A stretch of 64,000 nucleotides of DNA from Calditrichia bacterium (GTDB lineage: Bacteria > Calditrichota > Calditrichia > JAJRVZ01). Shown in pieces: positions 63,072 through 64,000 of the stretch. The stretch lies in NCBI GenBank assembly GCA_963796965.1, contig CAWCNS010000007.1, positions 864,001 to 928,000 of the forward strand, read 5' to 3'. Position 1 is the first letter of the stretch; each line of letters opens with the position of its first letter. Below the pieces are notes generated by a model that was given only the letters and a program-made list of their open reading frames with translations, searched no databases and was not told where the DNA came from. Made by a program: the position numbers and the translations under genes.

Positions 63072-64000
63072 TTAACCAGGAATTGCTATTTCTTCTCGTA
63101 CCTCTTGTTTGATTTCACTTTTTATAGGAATTGTAACAATAAATTCACAAAAACCGCCCTTTTCAGTATTTATTGAGATCTGTCCTCCCACAGTTGTTAC
63201 TTTTTCCTTAACAAGATCCATTCCCACACCCCGGCCGGCAACAAGGTTAGCCTTATCAAGGGTGGAAATGCCCGTTGTAAATATTGTCTCTGCTACCTGA
63301 TCATCATCCCATTCCTCGATATCTTCTTCTGACCAATGTCCCGATTCGATAGGCTTTTTGCCGTAACTTATCAATCTGAATTCCCCGCCCATCATCTCTT
63401 TGACGGAAACCAAATGCATTATCAGTACTCATTGAAACTATTTCTATGCATCCAATTGATTCTTTCCCGGTCAATGCTCTCTCTTCAGCATTTTCAATAC
63501 CATGATAAACGGAATTTCTAATTAATTGAATGAGAATCTGCCGTGTTAACAGTCTAAAGCGGTATGGAATACTCCCGCATCAAAATTTTCGGTTATCAGA
63601 TTGATCTTTTTACCAACATCATGAGAAAGCGTGTTTACCAGGTTTTGAAGAGAAGCGATGAAAAGTTTCTTTTCATAACTTCTTTTCGGTCTGAAGTTCA
63701 TATGAACTTTACCTATCCGGTCAATGAGTTTTTCAAGTTCATTTAAAATTGTACGCATTTCTTTCAGCATGAGCACGAGTGGAACAAAATCTGATCCTGT
63801 TACCGTATCTTTTTCTTTTATATGCGTTATATTTTCTTCAAACTCATGTGCCTTTTCAATGAAGAACTTCAAATCGACCAGGGCAGCATTGCCTTTAATC
63901 AAATGCATGGAGCGGAACATTTTCTCAAGTACGGATAGCAGGTTCGTTTCCCTTTCGCTTCCCTGGAGAACTTGATCCATATAATTAAGTTCTAAAGTTG
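63072..64000 (-). CDS. Second CheA-like Hpt / HATPase kinase, C-terminal part (two frameshifts; 5' end outside window)
   Basis: RSMHLIKGNA; manual translation QLIRNSVYHGIE...RDDGRGI (63540-63361); AGRGVGMD. Confidence 0.85.

Overview
AT-rich bacterial chromosomal segment, mostly housekeeping genes. Gene content and order (yggS-divIVA-PNP-ileS-dksA-lspA-rluD, DUF5686, DUF3467) suggest an FCB-group organism, possibly Calditrichota or Ignavibacteria; this is inference. In order it carries: the start of a his operon (hisG-hisD-hisC) with a His-rich leader peptide attenuator; aspartokinase; a complete trpEGDCFBA operon with a Trp-rich leader attenuator; an iodotyrosine-deiodinase-like flavoprotein; three large uncharacterised secreted proteins; the ileS cluster; dnaG, polA, mutS2 and rpsU; a translationally coupled deacetylase / GNAT-like / efp trio; ansA; ppdK; and a CheA-like Hpt-kinase / CheY / CheX signalling cluster that includes an apparent pseudokinase and a DHp-only protein. 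About 14 frameshifts, including in ileS and polA, most likely reflect sequencing or assembly error. Intergenic DNA is rich in REP-like hairpins and small inverted-repeat elements. No tRNA, rRNA, CRISPR array or transposase gene was recognised.
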